NCBI GenBank assembly: GCA_050633245.1
Contig: JBOEGD010000007.1
Location: 82,196 to 146,195 of the forward strand
Length of the DNA: 64,000 bases
Direction of reading: 5' to 3'
Origin: Calditrichia bacterium
GTDB taxonomy: Bacteria; Calditrichota; Calditrichia; RBG-13-44-9; J075
The number at the start of each line of letters is the position of its first letter. Positions within the stretch are counted from its first letter, which is position 1. A program made the translations under genes and the position numbers. Below the pieces are notes generated by a model. The model ran no database searches. It saw only the letters and a program-made list of their open reading frames with translations, and was not told the origin of the DNA. Positions 10,385 through 19,896 of the stretch are shown here, one piece after another.

Positions 10385-11527
10385 TCATGGCGCGATAGTT
10401 ACTAGTGTATCGTTAATCGTAATTGCGGTATTACCAACACGGTCTTTTCCATTAAATTGGAAGATAAACGTTCCCGGCTGGTTCGTTGAGGAAATCTCCA
10501 GACCACGAGAATAAACCCCGTCACCGGCAACCTCATCGCGGTTGGTGGTAAAATCGCCATCATCAAAGAGTTCAATTCCTGTCGTTGGCGGCGGGGAACC
10601 CTCACGAAAAACCAGCATATCAACTAGCTCAATATCCGCTAAGCCCTGTGCATCATTTGCTGAAAGCCGCACGACAATAGTATCGAGCCCGGAGGCAGGA
10701 AGCTGGAAAGTTTCGGCAAGCTGAATATCACTTAAAAAAGGTGCCAGATTTTCGAGATAAATTGACGTAGTAATAGTATTTGAAGTTGCACCGGCAAGAT
10801 CTTCAGCCCGGTATTCCAGTTGAAAGTCTCCTTGTCGCTCTGCGGCAAAAGATGAGTCTAATACGCCACCATACGTTCCAGACATTGTCCCCCCGCCCGG
10901 TTGAAGAGAGAGTTGAAGCGTTCGCAACGTCGAGCCGCTGAGGCTCTGTAAATTTACCTGAACACTACTTACATTATCAAGGTCATCTGCATCCGTAACA
11001 TCGACGCTCAGTGGAAGGCTTTCGCCAGAGCGCAGGGAGTCCGGCAGAGTTGCATTTGCAATCACCGGGGCAGAGTTCTCGACAGCCATAGACGCTGCAG
11101 GAGTTGTTGAAAGTTGTTCATTGCCTGAAGCCGTGGCAGTAGCGCGAAAATAAACGTCGCTGGGAGTAAACACCTGAGGATCTGAAAAAACTCGATTTGT
11201 AAACACGCCATCGCCTGCAACAACATCCTGCGCAGATGGCATAGCGTTACCGCCGTCATCAAACAGCTCGAGGGTTTGTAATACCGTTGTTTGATCAGAA
11301 GCCAGAACAGTAAGTGTCACACCGCTAATAGCGGCCGGGCCATCGGGATGCGTTACCTTATAGGACACGGTATAAAAGCGCGGGCTGCCGAGATTGAGTA
11401 GCTGAGGAACCGTTACCGTGGTAATGGAGTACTCATCCGGTTCAGGTCCTTCTGGTCCAAGCTCTTCCTCGCAGCCGGCTGTCAACAGCAGACCCAGTAG
11501 CAGAAACAGCCAAAATCGATTTAGCAT
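10385..11527 (-). CDS. Lipoprotein with two choice-of-anchor-X-like Ca-binding Ig modules
   Basis: TAGC lipobox; duplicated ELFDDG..DxVAGDGV[FY] motif; RBS ggaga before ATG 11527. Confidence 0.7.
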   Translation of the reverse strand: MLNRFWLFLLLGLLLTAGCEEELGPEGPEPDEYSITTVTVPQLLNLGSPRFYTVSYKVTHPDGPAAISGVTLTVLASDQTTVLQTLELFDDGGNAMPSAQDVVAGDGVFTNRVFSDPQVFTPSDVYFRATATASGNEQLSTTPAASMAVENSAPVIANATLPDSLRSGESLPLSVDVTDADDLDNVSSVQVNLQSLSGSTLRTLQLSLQPGGGTMSGTYGGVLDSSFAAERQGDFQLEYRAEDLAGATSNTITTSIYLENLAPFLSDIQLAETFQLPASGLDTIVVRLSANDAQGLADIELVDMLVFREGSPPPTTGIELFDDGDFTTNRDEVAGDGVYSRGLEISSTNQPGTFIFQFNGKDRVGNTAITINDTLVTIAP

Positions 11528-11552
11528 AGGTATGTCTCCAATAAAAGTGTGG

Positions 11553-12395
11553 CTAAGCAGCACGCCACAACATGGCAATCCATTCTTTCTTTCTATTAGT
11601 CGAGATCAATTCAAAACCAGCCTTGCCATACACCTCCGCAACTGCGCTCTCTTCCTCGAGCAGGAGTCCAGACAACAAGAGCTTGGAACCCGGCTTAAGT
11701 GCAGCTCGTAATTCTGCTGCAATAGGCTTCAGGATAAAGAACTGAATATTTGCCAGAATTACATCATAAGGTGTCTGACCGACAGAATGAATATCTCCAA
11801 CCCGAAAGTCAATATCTTTCAACTTATTTAACGTCATATTATGCCAGGCATTGTCAATCGAATCCTGATCAATATCAATTCCCACTATTTCGCCGGCTTG
11901 ACGCATTCGGGCAAATAGAGCCAGAATACCGGAACCGCAGCCAAGATCCAGAATACGCTGGTCGGCTAGGGTCATTCGGTTCATTATTTCCAGCATGAGG
12001 GCTGTTGTTTCATGGTGCCCGGTTCCAAAAGCCATCTGTGGATCTATAAGCAGAATTTCTGCGCCATCCTTTTCCGGCTTATCCCAGGGAGGACAAATCC
12101 AAAGGTTTGCCACCGGGTTAAGAGGAACAAAATGCTTGCGCCATTCTGCATTCCAGTCCTTCGATTCTTGTCCACGCAACGTTGCTTTATTTGAATCAAA
12201 ATCCGGGTTAATCTGCTTTAACTGTTCCAATAAGCGCTCTACATCTTCAGGTGTTACTTCACCAGATAAATAAACAACCCACTCGGTATCGCTTAGCTCC
12301 AGAATACCGCTACAGTTGTGCATTTGCAAGATACCACTCAGCGCGTCGAGATCGAATCCCTGTAGCGAGATGTTTAATTCAAAATAATCTGTCAT
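11553..12395 (-). CDS. prmA: Ribosomal protein L11 methyltransferase
   Basis: DWNAEWRKHF, IDPQMAFGTGHHETT, LDLGCGSGIL, ILANI, LSGLL. Confidence 0.92.
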   Translation of the reverse strand: MTDYFELNISLQGFDLDALSGILQMHNCSGILELSDTEWVVYLSGEVTPEDVERLLEQLKQINPDFDSNKATLRGQESKDWNAEWRKHFVPLNPVANLWICPPWDKPEKDGAEILLIDPQMAFGTGHHETTALMLEIMNRMTLADQRILDLGCGSGILALFARMRQAGEIVGIDIDQDSIDNAWHNMTLNKLKDIDFRVGDIHSVGQTPYDVILANIQFFILKPIAAELRAALKPGSKLLLSGLLLEEESAVAEVYGKAGFELISTNRKKEWIAMLWRAA

Positions 12396-12411
12396 AGTCA
12401 GCAGCAGTTTT

Positions 12412-15400
12412 CTAGCGGATGGCGATATTAACGTTTATCCCGAATTCTTTGTAGGAGGTGTCACCAGTGCGCTTATTTGTGGCCGTGCTCTGCTCATAAA
12501 AGGCGGTACCGTTTACCCGCTGGCTAAAGCGGTAGGTAATGGCGGGGCGTAGCTTCCAGTTATCAGAAACGTCAAGCTCCTCGAATTCAGATTGGGTCGC
12601 GGTTCGCGTAAAGTTAGAACTTTTACTCTGATCGAAAGCTAATTGAAACTGAATCTCGTTCTTAAGCTTCTTGTTTTTCATAAACGGAAGCGGGAGATTA
12701 AAACCGCGGGTAACCGAATAGCTGGCATTCAGACTAAAGCCAGACTGCTCGCGCTTATTCGTAGACCCGGCAGCACGATAATCGAAGCTAACAGAGCGAT
12801 TACTTCTAATATTACCGGTTATCCCCCACTTGGTATTTATTGTTATACCGATAAATGGCTGATAGTTAATCGTATAGCTAATATTGTCGGTACTCTTCTC
12901 TTCACCATCAAAGCGTGAATTCTCTGAGAATTTACCGTTTCGTGAATGCTCGATGGACGCGCTGGTAGCAAAGTTTTTGATAAACGGAAACTTCTCAACA
13001 CCAGACAGACTGATACGCCAATCGGGTATAAGCTGCCACCAATCCTGCTGATTGGCATCCGGATCATCCCCGGTAAAAAATACACTACTGGCAATCGATT
13101 GGGTAACCTGATCGTTCGCTTGATTATCTACCGTTTGATAATTGTATTTGAAATTGGTTTTTAGATTACGAACCAAATCCAGCTGTAGCGAGCCATCGAC
13201 ACCACGGCTGTTTTTAATGCTTATCGGCTGAAGCACCAGCGTATCTTCGCTGGTCCCGGTAAATGGCGTGTCCGTTGGGTTTGGATCTTCTGAAAGTCCA
13301 AACTGATACTGCCAGCGCGGTATGCGCCTCAGGTTGGAATTGCCGTAGCTGTCATTTTTCTTAAAGTCCAGATTAAAGGATTTGAAGGAATTAAAAAAGT
13401 GCCAGAGAAGTATTCCCGGGTTGGGGATACCGCGACCGCCATCTTCTTTTTTCTCACCTTCGGCTTCATCATCCTTTTCCTTATTCGCTTCGTCGTCTCC
13501 ACCACGATTCGCAGGTCTTCGACCTCCTCGCGGACGCGCATTCGATGTTCTGCCGCGGTTGCCCTTTTTGGGTGAATATATCTTATTCATCAGCGTCGAC
13601 AGCTTCAAGTCGAGGCGCAGGTTCTGACTAATATTTGAAGTAGAACTACGCGCCTGCAGCTGCGGATTATCGAAGCTGTAAATAAAATCTGACTGATAGC
13701 GGTAGTTCGTTGTTAACCAGGAAAGAAGTTTGGGATTATAGTTCGCACCAAATCTTTGATCGACACGGCGATCTTCACCAAAGTCAAAACGACTAAAGAT
13801 ATTGCTCAGCACATCGCCGGCACGTCGTTCAACTATTCCACCCTGTGAATCTAAACGACCATCATTTTGATAATTTCGATTGTAAGTAAAGTTCATTGAC
13901 TCGAACATCTTGTAGTCGAGGAGAAACTTGCGGGTTGTCTTTACGGTGATCGTTGCCGGACGCGCTTCAACCTGAATACGGTTCTGGTTAACGCTTTTTT
14001 GATCATTTAACGTAATATCAACATTTGCTTTACTTGGCAAGTAATACAGCTTTTGGGAGGCAAGTCCCTTCAAAAAATTATCCGTGCCGAGCCAGGAAAA
14101 TGGCTTAAAGTATGTTTTATTACCAAAGGGGATTCCAAATTTTACGCTACCGCTTAGCTTGGTGGTCTCGTTCAATTTTACATTCGGCGAAGAACTCTGA
14201 GTATTAGCAAAGTCAACATCGAGGACAAGCTGGTTTACCGTATACTTCAAATACCAGGGATCGCGCTGACCACGTCGACGCTGTATTGTGGCACCAACTG
14301 ACCGGCTCTCGTTCGTCGTCACTTCTTCTTCCAGTCCCTCGGGCGTTTTGGCAAGCCCAAAAAAGGCATTCACGCGATTGCCAATGCTACCCAGCTCATA
14401 ATTTGTGCGCCTGTCGCTATTGAAGAAATACTTCGGCACCTTCCGGCTACGACGCAGACTACCGCTTACCGGAATGTCCAGTCCCCAGCTTTCCGGTAAA
14501 AACTTGTCGACGTTCAGGTTCATATTATACGATTGTTTCTCGTCGCTCAATCCCTGTCCACTGGCATCGGAGAATTGAGATTCTACTCTTCTAAAATCGT
14601 CGTCAACCAGTTCCCACTGAGCGCTGATACGACCAAGGTCGGCAATTGTCAAGTCACTGGACAGCCGCATGGCACTACCTTTTTCACGCTCAACACCCGT
14701 AAGTCTGAGTTCATCGAACCACACTTCGGTTTCGTTGATATAAGTCCCCTTATTGCGCACACCGGCAGTAAAATACTTAATATTGTGTAAACCGGGGCTT
14801 CCAACAATTACGATTTCTTTTTGTGGATAGTTCGGGTCTTTACGAACAACAATGCGCTCTCCAGCATCCGAAACGCCGATAGAATCGCCTTCTTCTTTTG
14901 TTGAGGTTAGAATATCGAAATCAATATCCACATTATTTCGTTCTGCGCTATCTGTCCAGCCACTGTAAATTGGCTGTCGATATTCGTAATAAATATCATC
15001 TGTTACACCAAAACGAAGATAAAATTCCAGCGTATCGCCCTGCATCATTGCCAGATCATTTTCCATCTCTCCGTGCACAAACATGCGCAAATTGCGATAG
15101 TTTAGCAGACTTACTTTCTCACGTAACTGCTTGCGAGCTTCTACGCGGGCACCTCGGTTGAAGTCGTTGATCTGAAAAACCAGTGCCTGTTCCTTAGACT
15201 CAACGCGTGTAACACGATCGACAATTCCCTCAACGCCAGGAGGGGAAAAGTATCGTTCGTTTTCATCTGTATTCAAGACCGTCACTTTAAATCGATTTTC
15301 ATCGATAACAAACCCGGTATCCTCACTTTTCTGAAAACCGACGTCCTCCCACTCGTTACCAACAAAGTCCAGTGCTGCAACGCCAATGCTACCGCTGGCT

Positions 15401-18400
15401 TCCTCAAAGTCGTTTACCCACACGCGCGTATTCAGTACCTGCTGGAAAGTAGGATCAGGGTCTCCAACCGCCAGGCGCCGTACGTCATTCAGCGGAATGC
15501 GGAACAGCTTCCAACCGGTTGCACCCTCATCACCAACTGTTTCCTCAATAAAGTATGGGTCATTCCGACCGCCCATACCATCATTCAGGTTGATTGAATA
15601 GGTAAAGTAACTGTTCGTTTCGTTCAGCGTTCCGTCACCATCAAGGTCTTCAGTATCAGGAAATCTGGCACCCTGACGTTCCGAGCTGTTTTCTGTTCCA
15701 TTGATAAAGCGAAATTCTGATCCGGAAGGATTATCGGAGTTTGGCGCAGCCCAGTCATCATTTCCGGCATCACCATCGACATTTGTACCATCAACACCGA
15801 CAACGCCATCGACACCCGTATCCTCAAAGTCACTGCCTTCACCAAGATCGAGCAGCCCGTTAAAGTTCTTATCTTCGGTGTTCAGCGTGCCAAAGCCGCT
15901 GCCCTTAACAAAATAGTCCTCGCTAATCGTACCGACATCGATATTAACCTGCGCGCCTTCACCATTCAGCCAAATTTCAATAAACTTGGTTTTCGACTGA
16001 TCGCTAAAGGACGAGGTACTACGCATCATTCCACCCCAATCACGCTCGGGAACGGAATTGACATCCTGCCAGCTTAGCACAAGAATATTTGTGGTATTGC
16101 CGCTTTGCGTATTGGTATCGCGGTTTGGCCAGATACTGCGAATGGCAACCTGATTAAACGGATTATACCAATAGTAACCAACGCGGCCGGCATCTAATTG
16201 ATCGGCGTAATCACGACGCGAAGCGAAGTCTTCAGGTCCAAAATTAATTGTTGGATCTCTCAGGACGCGAAAGCGTCCGGGAACAGAGGCAGGCGTCCAG
16301 ATTTGATATTGAATACCAAGCGTGGTAAAGCGCTTGCTACCTTCGAAGTCGTCGATATAGGCCACACCATCGGTCTCGCCGAGGCTTTCTTCGTTGAAGG
16401 TATTTGGATTGGGGTTTACCTGCGCGTATTCCGCTTCAATCTTCAATTTGGATTCTGCTGACGTCTCCAATATTGGCAACTTGTCGAGTATACTCGAGAT
16501 AAAGTTCGGTTTAAAGCTGAGAGAGGTATTTACATCCCATACCCAGTTCTTGAGTGGTTCCTGCCCCAAACGAACCCGCTGGTCTAACGTCGACTTACTA
16601 TAATAAAGCGTTGTGAAACCAAGAAAATTCTCCGGATTAAAGTCGTACTGAAGTCGCGCACCCAACAATGACTTTTTGTCCAGTTGAAAAAGCTGACCGC
16701 GCTCGTACTCGATCTCTATCTGCGCATCAGCACGACGTGCTTCCGCAGCAGAGATTTGCAGCTGTCCGCTAAAATAGTCTATTGTATAGTCGGTATCGCG
16801 CTTTAGTTCACGTCCATTAAGACGAACCTTCTCAGATCCCTCGAGCACGTTAAAACCCAGCTCGAAGGTATTGGAAACAGACTTGGTCGTCACTTCGATC
16901 TCGAACTTGGTGCGCTGTAGCCACTCGGTTTGTGTTTCCACATCATACACATCGACATATAGATCCGGATTAAATGTAAAGTCCGGATTACGATTCGGAT
17001 TCAGGGTTGGGCCAGGGTCAAATGGCCTTAACTTTGGCAGAATGAGATAACCATTGTTCAAGTCGAAGACAAAGGGGTTGTTTTCAACGTCGATCTTCTG
17101 ATCACCACCTGCTATCTCACCACCCTGCTCGTTCAAGCGATCGAGTCCAAGGATAAAATTATACGAATCGCCTGTGGCGTCCACTGTCTGATCTTCACCC
17201 TTTTCGGTGTAGACAATATTTATATCGAAGCCTTCCGGTGAGGAGATGGCCCCCAAGTCATAAACGTTTTTCATTTCCAGATTCCAGGTGGGGTAGTCTG
17301 GACCGGAATACTGCCCGCGAATCAGCTGAAGGGTTAAAACGCTTTGGGTGGTATCAACATTTTGAAAGAGGGTTCCAACTTCGGTGGGTGCAACAGGGTC
17401 GCCGTAAGAATAGGCAATCGCCAGCACCTGTTCATCCTGAATATTTGACCCCTTCAACCAAAAATAGCCACGATCCGGATCAAATGAATATTCGTCTTCT
17501 TGTAAACGTTGGAATCGCGCCACTTCAAAGCGCCCATTCTCATCAGAACGCGTTGTGTCGAGCGGAGCATTAGCATCCAAGACAGCAAAGCCTGGCACAG
17601 TTTCGAGCCGATTGGTTGTAGCATTAACCGATTTCCAAACGTCCAATTGACGCACGCGTCGCGAACCAAGTACATTGGGGATCATTTGTCGGGATACATC
17701 TTCAAACTGATCCAGATACAAACTGTCGATGAAGTAGAATTTATTGCGCACAAATTCATAGTCTTTTTTGCGAACGGTATTCTCACGCGATGATCCAGAG
17801 ACGTTTAGCGTCTCATTTTCACCACGCTCTAAACTGGCGATTCCGGTAAAGCTTAAATTCCCGACACGGGCTTCAGACTTAACACCAAACAATCCCTGAT
17901 GGTTTGAAGTAGTAGAGACAAAGCGCGTAGAGGGAAGCGATAAACCGACGTTTCCAGCTTCAATACTCTGGATAATTTCGTCTTCATCACCTTCATAGGT
18001 AAGCTTGAGCGTATTTTCAAAGTCGAAGGTAGCTTCGGAGTTTTGATCAACAGAGATCGTTACCTTGTCCCCTACCCGGCCTTCTACGCGAAACTGCTGC
18101 GTTTGCTTGAATTTTGGGGAGAACGTATTGCGCTGCTCAATAGAGGTAACCGCGGACCCTTCACGACTTTCTGTGCGACCGGCAATTTCGAATGTAATAT
18201 TTCCGGATACGCGCAGGCCAACACGATCACCACCAAAGATGCGCTTAAATGCCTTACTCTTGATTCTACCGGGAATATTCAGTTCGATCCCACCGCTGGA
18301 GCTGTTGATGGTTATCTGATTATCACGATAGAGCTGCTGCAAAAAAATGCGGCGGCGTTCTGCCTGAAGCTGTTCCTTGAGATAGTAATCAACATCCATC

Positions 18401-18693
18401 TTAATGGGTAAGCGATAGGCGCGATCGTAAAGGCTTTCCTCAACAATCACATATTGATTGGTACTATCAAACTCGATAACACGCTGAAAATCCTGAAAGG
18501 GTTTATAAAAGATGAGTGAGTCGGACGCCATTCTCCCAAGACCCTCATAGCTGGGGTCGCTGAGGGTTGCTACTCCATTCGGAGTTGCGGGAAACCTCAG
18601 GCCTTGTGCATTGACAGCTTCCGGTACAAGGACAGAGGAAACCAGCCAAAGGAGAAGAGGTAGATAAAATAAAAATCGTAGTCGCTTAGTCAT
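12412..18693 (-). CDS. sprA: T9SS outer-membrane translocon SprA/Sov-like protein
   Basis: 2093 aa, signal peptide, FDFENTLKLTYEGDEDEIIQSIEAGNVGLSLP, GLFGVK, DYTIDYFSG, YIDDFEGS, GWKLFRIPL, WFDELRL. Confidence 0.9.
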   Translation of the reverse strand: MTKRLRFLFYLPLLLWLVSSVLVPEAVNAQGLRFPATPNGVATLSDPSYEGLGRMASDSLIFYKPFQDFQRVIEFDSTNQYVIVEESLYDRAYRLPIKMDVDYYLKEQLQAERRRIFLQQLYRDNQITINSSSGGIELNIPGRIKSKAFKRIFGGDRVGLRVSGNITFEIAGRTESREGSAVTSIEQRNTFSPKFKQTQQFRVEGRVGDKVTISVDQNSEATFDFENTLKLTYEGDEDEIIQSIEAGNVGLSLPSTRFVSTTSNHQGLFGVKSEARVGNLSFTGIASLERGENETLNVSGSSRENTVRKKDYEFVRNKFYFIDSLYLDQFEDVSRQMIPNVLGSRRVRQLDVWKSVNATTNRLETVPGFAVLDANAPLDTTRSDENGRFEVARFQRLQEDEYSFDPDRGYFWLKGSNIQDEQVLAIAYSYGDPVAPTEVGTLFQNVDTTQSVLTLQLIRGQYSGPDYPTWNLEMKNVYDLGAISSPEGFDINIVYTEKGEDQTVDATGDSYNFILGLDRLNEQGGEIAGGDQKIDVENNPFVFDLNNGYLILPKLRPFDPGPTLNPNRNPDFTFNPDLYVDVYDVETQTEWLQRTKFEIEVTTKSVSNTFELGFNVLEGSEKVRLNGRELKRDTDYTIDYFSGQLQISAAEARRADAQIEIEYERGQLFQLDKKSLLGARLQYDFNPENFLGFTTLYYSKSTLDQRVRLGQEPLKNWVWDVNTSLSFKPNFISSILDKLPILETSAESKLKIEAEYAQVNPNPNTFNEESLGETDGVAYIDDFEGSKRFTTLGIQYQIWTPASVPGRFRVLRDPTINFGPEDFASRRDYADQLDAGRVGYYWYNPFNQVAIRSIWPNRDTNTQSGNTTNILVLSWQDVNSVPERDWGGMMRSTSSFSDQSKTKFIEIWLNGEGAQVNIDVGTISEDYFVKGSGFGTLNTEDKNFNGLLDLGEGSDFEDTGVDGVVGVDGTNVDGDAGNDDWAAPNSDNPSGSEFRFINGTENSSERQGARFPDTEDLDGDGTLNETNSYFTYSINLNDGMGGRNDPYFIEETVGDEGATGWKLFRIPLNDVRRLAVGDPDPTFQQVLNTRVWVNDFEEASGSIGVAALDFVGNEWEDVGFQKSEDTGFVIDENRFKVTVLNTDENERYFSPPGVEGIVDRVTRVESKEQALVFQINDFNRGARVEARKQLREKVSLLNYRNLRMFVHGEMENDLAMMQGDTLEFYLRFGVTDDIYYEYRQPIYSGWTDSAERNNVDIDFDILTSTKEEGDSIGVSDAGERIVVRKDPNYPQKEIVIVGSPGLHNIKYFTAGVRNKGTYINETEVWFDELRLTGVEREKGSAMRLSSDLTIADLGRISAQWELVDDDFRRVESQFSDASGQGLSDEKQSYNMNLNVDKFLPESWGLDIPVSGSLRRSRKVPKYFFNSDRRTNYELGSIGNRVNAFFGLAKTPEGLEEEVTTNESRSVGATIQRRRGQRDPWYLKYTVNQLVLDVDFANTQSSSPNVKLNETTKLSGSVKFGIPFGNKTYFKPFSWLGTDNFLKGLASQKLYYLPSKANVDITLNDQKSVNQNRIQVEARPATITVKTTRKFLLDYKMFESMNFTYNRNYQNDGRLDSQGGIVERRAGDVLSNIFSRFDFGEDRRVDQRFGANYNPKLLSWLTTNYRYQSDFIYSFDNPQLQARSSTSNISQNLRLDLKLSTLMNKIYSPKKGNRGRTSNARPRGGRRPANRGGDDEANKEKDDEAEGEKKEDGGRGIPNPGILLWHFFNSFKSFNLDFKKNDSYGNSNLRRIPRWQYQFGLSEDPNPTDTPFTGTSEDTLVLQPISIKNSRGVDGSLQLDLVRNLKTNFKYNYQTVDNQANDQVTQSIASSVFFTGDDPDANQQDWWQLIPDWRISLSGVEKFPFIKNFATSASIEHSRNGKFSENSRFDGEEKSTDNISYTINYQPFIGITINTKWGITGNIRSNRSVSFDYRAAGSTNKREQSGFSLNASYSVTRGFNLPLPFMKNKKLKNEIQFQLAFDQSKSSNFTRTATQSEFEELDVSDNWKLRPAITYRFSQRVNGTAFYEQSTATNKRTGDTSYKEFGINVNIAIR

Positions 18694-18777
18694 GCAAAAC
18701 TTGCTTTTTAACTTCCACAGTTAGATTTAATCGTAACGATTTACCCTATCGACTACCTCCGGCTTATTGGAGCGCTT

Positions 18778-18806
18778 AATATATTTACAGTATAAGATTT
18801 AAGCAA
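18778..18806 (-). promoter_or_regulatory. Sigma70-like promoter of the sprA operon
   Basis: Minus strand TTGCTT-N17-TATATT about 85 nt upstream of the ATG. Confidence 0.5.
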
Positions 18807-19025
18807 GCCAATGTTCATAATTCTTCAATACAAAATTGGGTATATACGACGATAATTTCGTCTTTCCATGACATCCATCCACACGGAGCATCCAGCTTGT
18901 ATCTCAAGATGGGGTGATTGAGACACTTTAGCGTGTCCTGTAAAGCTACGGACACTTTGGCAACAGTGTATATATGCTACAAATCAGATTAAGTTCGCTG
19001 ATTCCTTATACTTTTTTCGGGACTG

Positions 19026-19721
19026 TCAGTTTGTCTTGGATAGTTTGCGAATAACCCCGCGCGCCAGGCTAACGATTTTAGCAACCTGCTGCGATAAGGT
19101 TAATTCCGTTGTGTCGATAAGAACAGCATCGGCATCGCGCTTTAACGGCCCGGCTGCACGATTCATATCCGATTCATCCCGTGCGATCAGTTCTCTCAGA
19201 ATTGCTTCATAAGTGGCATTGTGTTCCTTATTAAGCAGCTCACGAAGCCGTCTTTTAGCGCGAGCCTCAGCGGAGGCCTCCATATATATCTTAAGCTCGG
19301 CATCGGGAAATACCACTGTAGCGATATCGCGGCCATCCATAACGACACCGCCATTCGCTCCGAGTAAGCGCTGTTTCTCTACAAGAATTTCTCTGACGGC
19401 AGGATTTGCAGCAATGGGCTTTATGCTATTCGTAACCTGGGTTGTTCTGATTTCCTCGCTAACATCAACACCATTTAACAGCAAATGCATGCCATCGTCA
19501 GTCGACACAAATTCGATTTCCGCACGTCCGGCAATGTCCATCAACAGGTCGGTATCATGCAAATCAACATTATTCTGAAGGGCAAGTAAGGTTACGGCAC
19601 GATACATTGCTCCGGTATCGATGTATAGATAATCCATTTGACGGGCAACTTGCTTCGCGGTGGAGCTTTTACCGCTCGCTGCTGGTCCATCAATGGCGAT
19701 AACAATCCGTGGCTGAGACAT
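19026..19721 (-). CDS. cmk: Cytidylate kinase
   Basis: IAIDGPAASGKSST, YIDTGAMYRA, VMDGRDIATVVFPDA. Confidence 0.95.
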   Translation of the reverse strand: MSQPRIVIAIDGPAASGKSSTAKQVARQMDYLYIDTGAMYRAVTLLALQNNVDLHDTDLLMDIAGRAEIEFVSTDDGMHLLLNGVDVSEEIRTTQVTNSIKPIAANPAVREILVEKQRLLGANGGVVMDGRDIATVVFPDAELKIYMEASAEARAKRRLRELLNKEHNATYEAILRELIARDESDMNRAAGPLKRDADAVLIDTTELTLSQQVAKIVSLARGVIRKLSKTN

Positions 19722-19751
19722 CTTGTGAGTGATTCCCGATTTTTTGGGGGA

Positions 19752-19779
19752 AAGATACATAAGAATACGCGCTTGTCAA
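19752..19779 (-). promoter_or_regulatory. Sigma70 promoter of cmk
   Basis: Minus strand TTGACA-N16-TATCTT. Confidence 0.55.
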
Positions 19780-19801
19780 AACACTGTGGTGAAAATCGGG
19801 C

Positions 19802-19843
19802 GGCAATGGGCAATGGGCAATCATAATTCACGAATCATCAATT
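19802..19843. repeat. Degenerate heptamer tandem repeat between divergent promoters
   Basis: ggcaatg ggcaatg ggcaatc ataattc acgaatc atcaatt. Confidence 0.55.
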
Positions 19844-19871
19844 GACATTGTATCCCCTAAAAAACTATTGT
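19842..19871 (+). promoter_or_regulatory. Sigma70 promoter of rlmN
   Basis: TTGACA-N18-TATTGT. Confidence 0.45.
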
Positions 19872-19896
19872 AAGTTTGAGACTTGAACAAATAACA

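Noticed and set aside
18862-18970. Firm c-di-GMP-I riboswitch call
   Set aside because: No GNRA tetraloop/receptor pair or clear P1, and it lies upstream of the predicted sprA promoter; kept only as a candidate RNA
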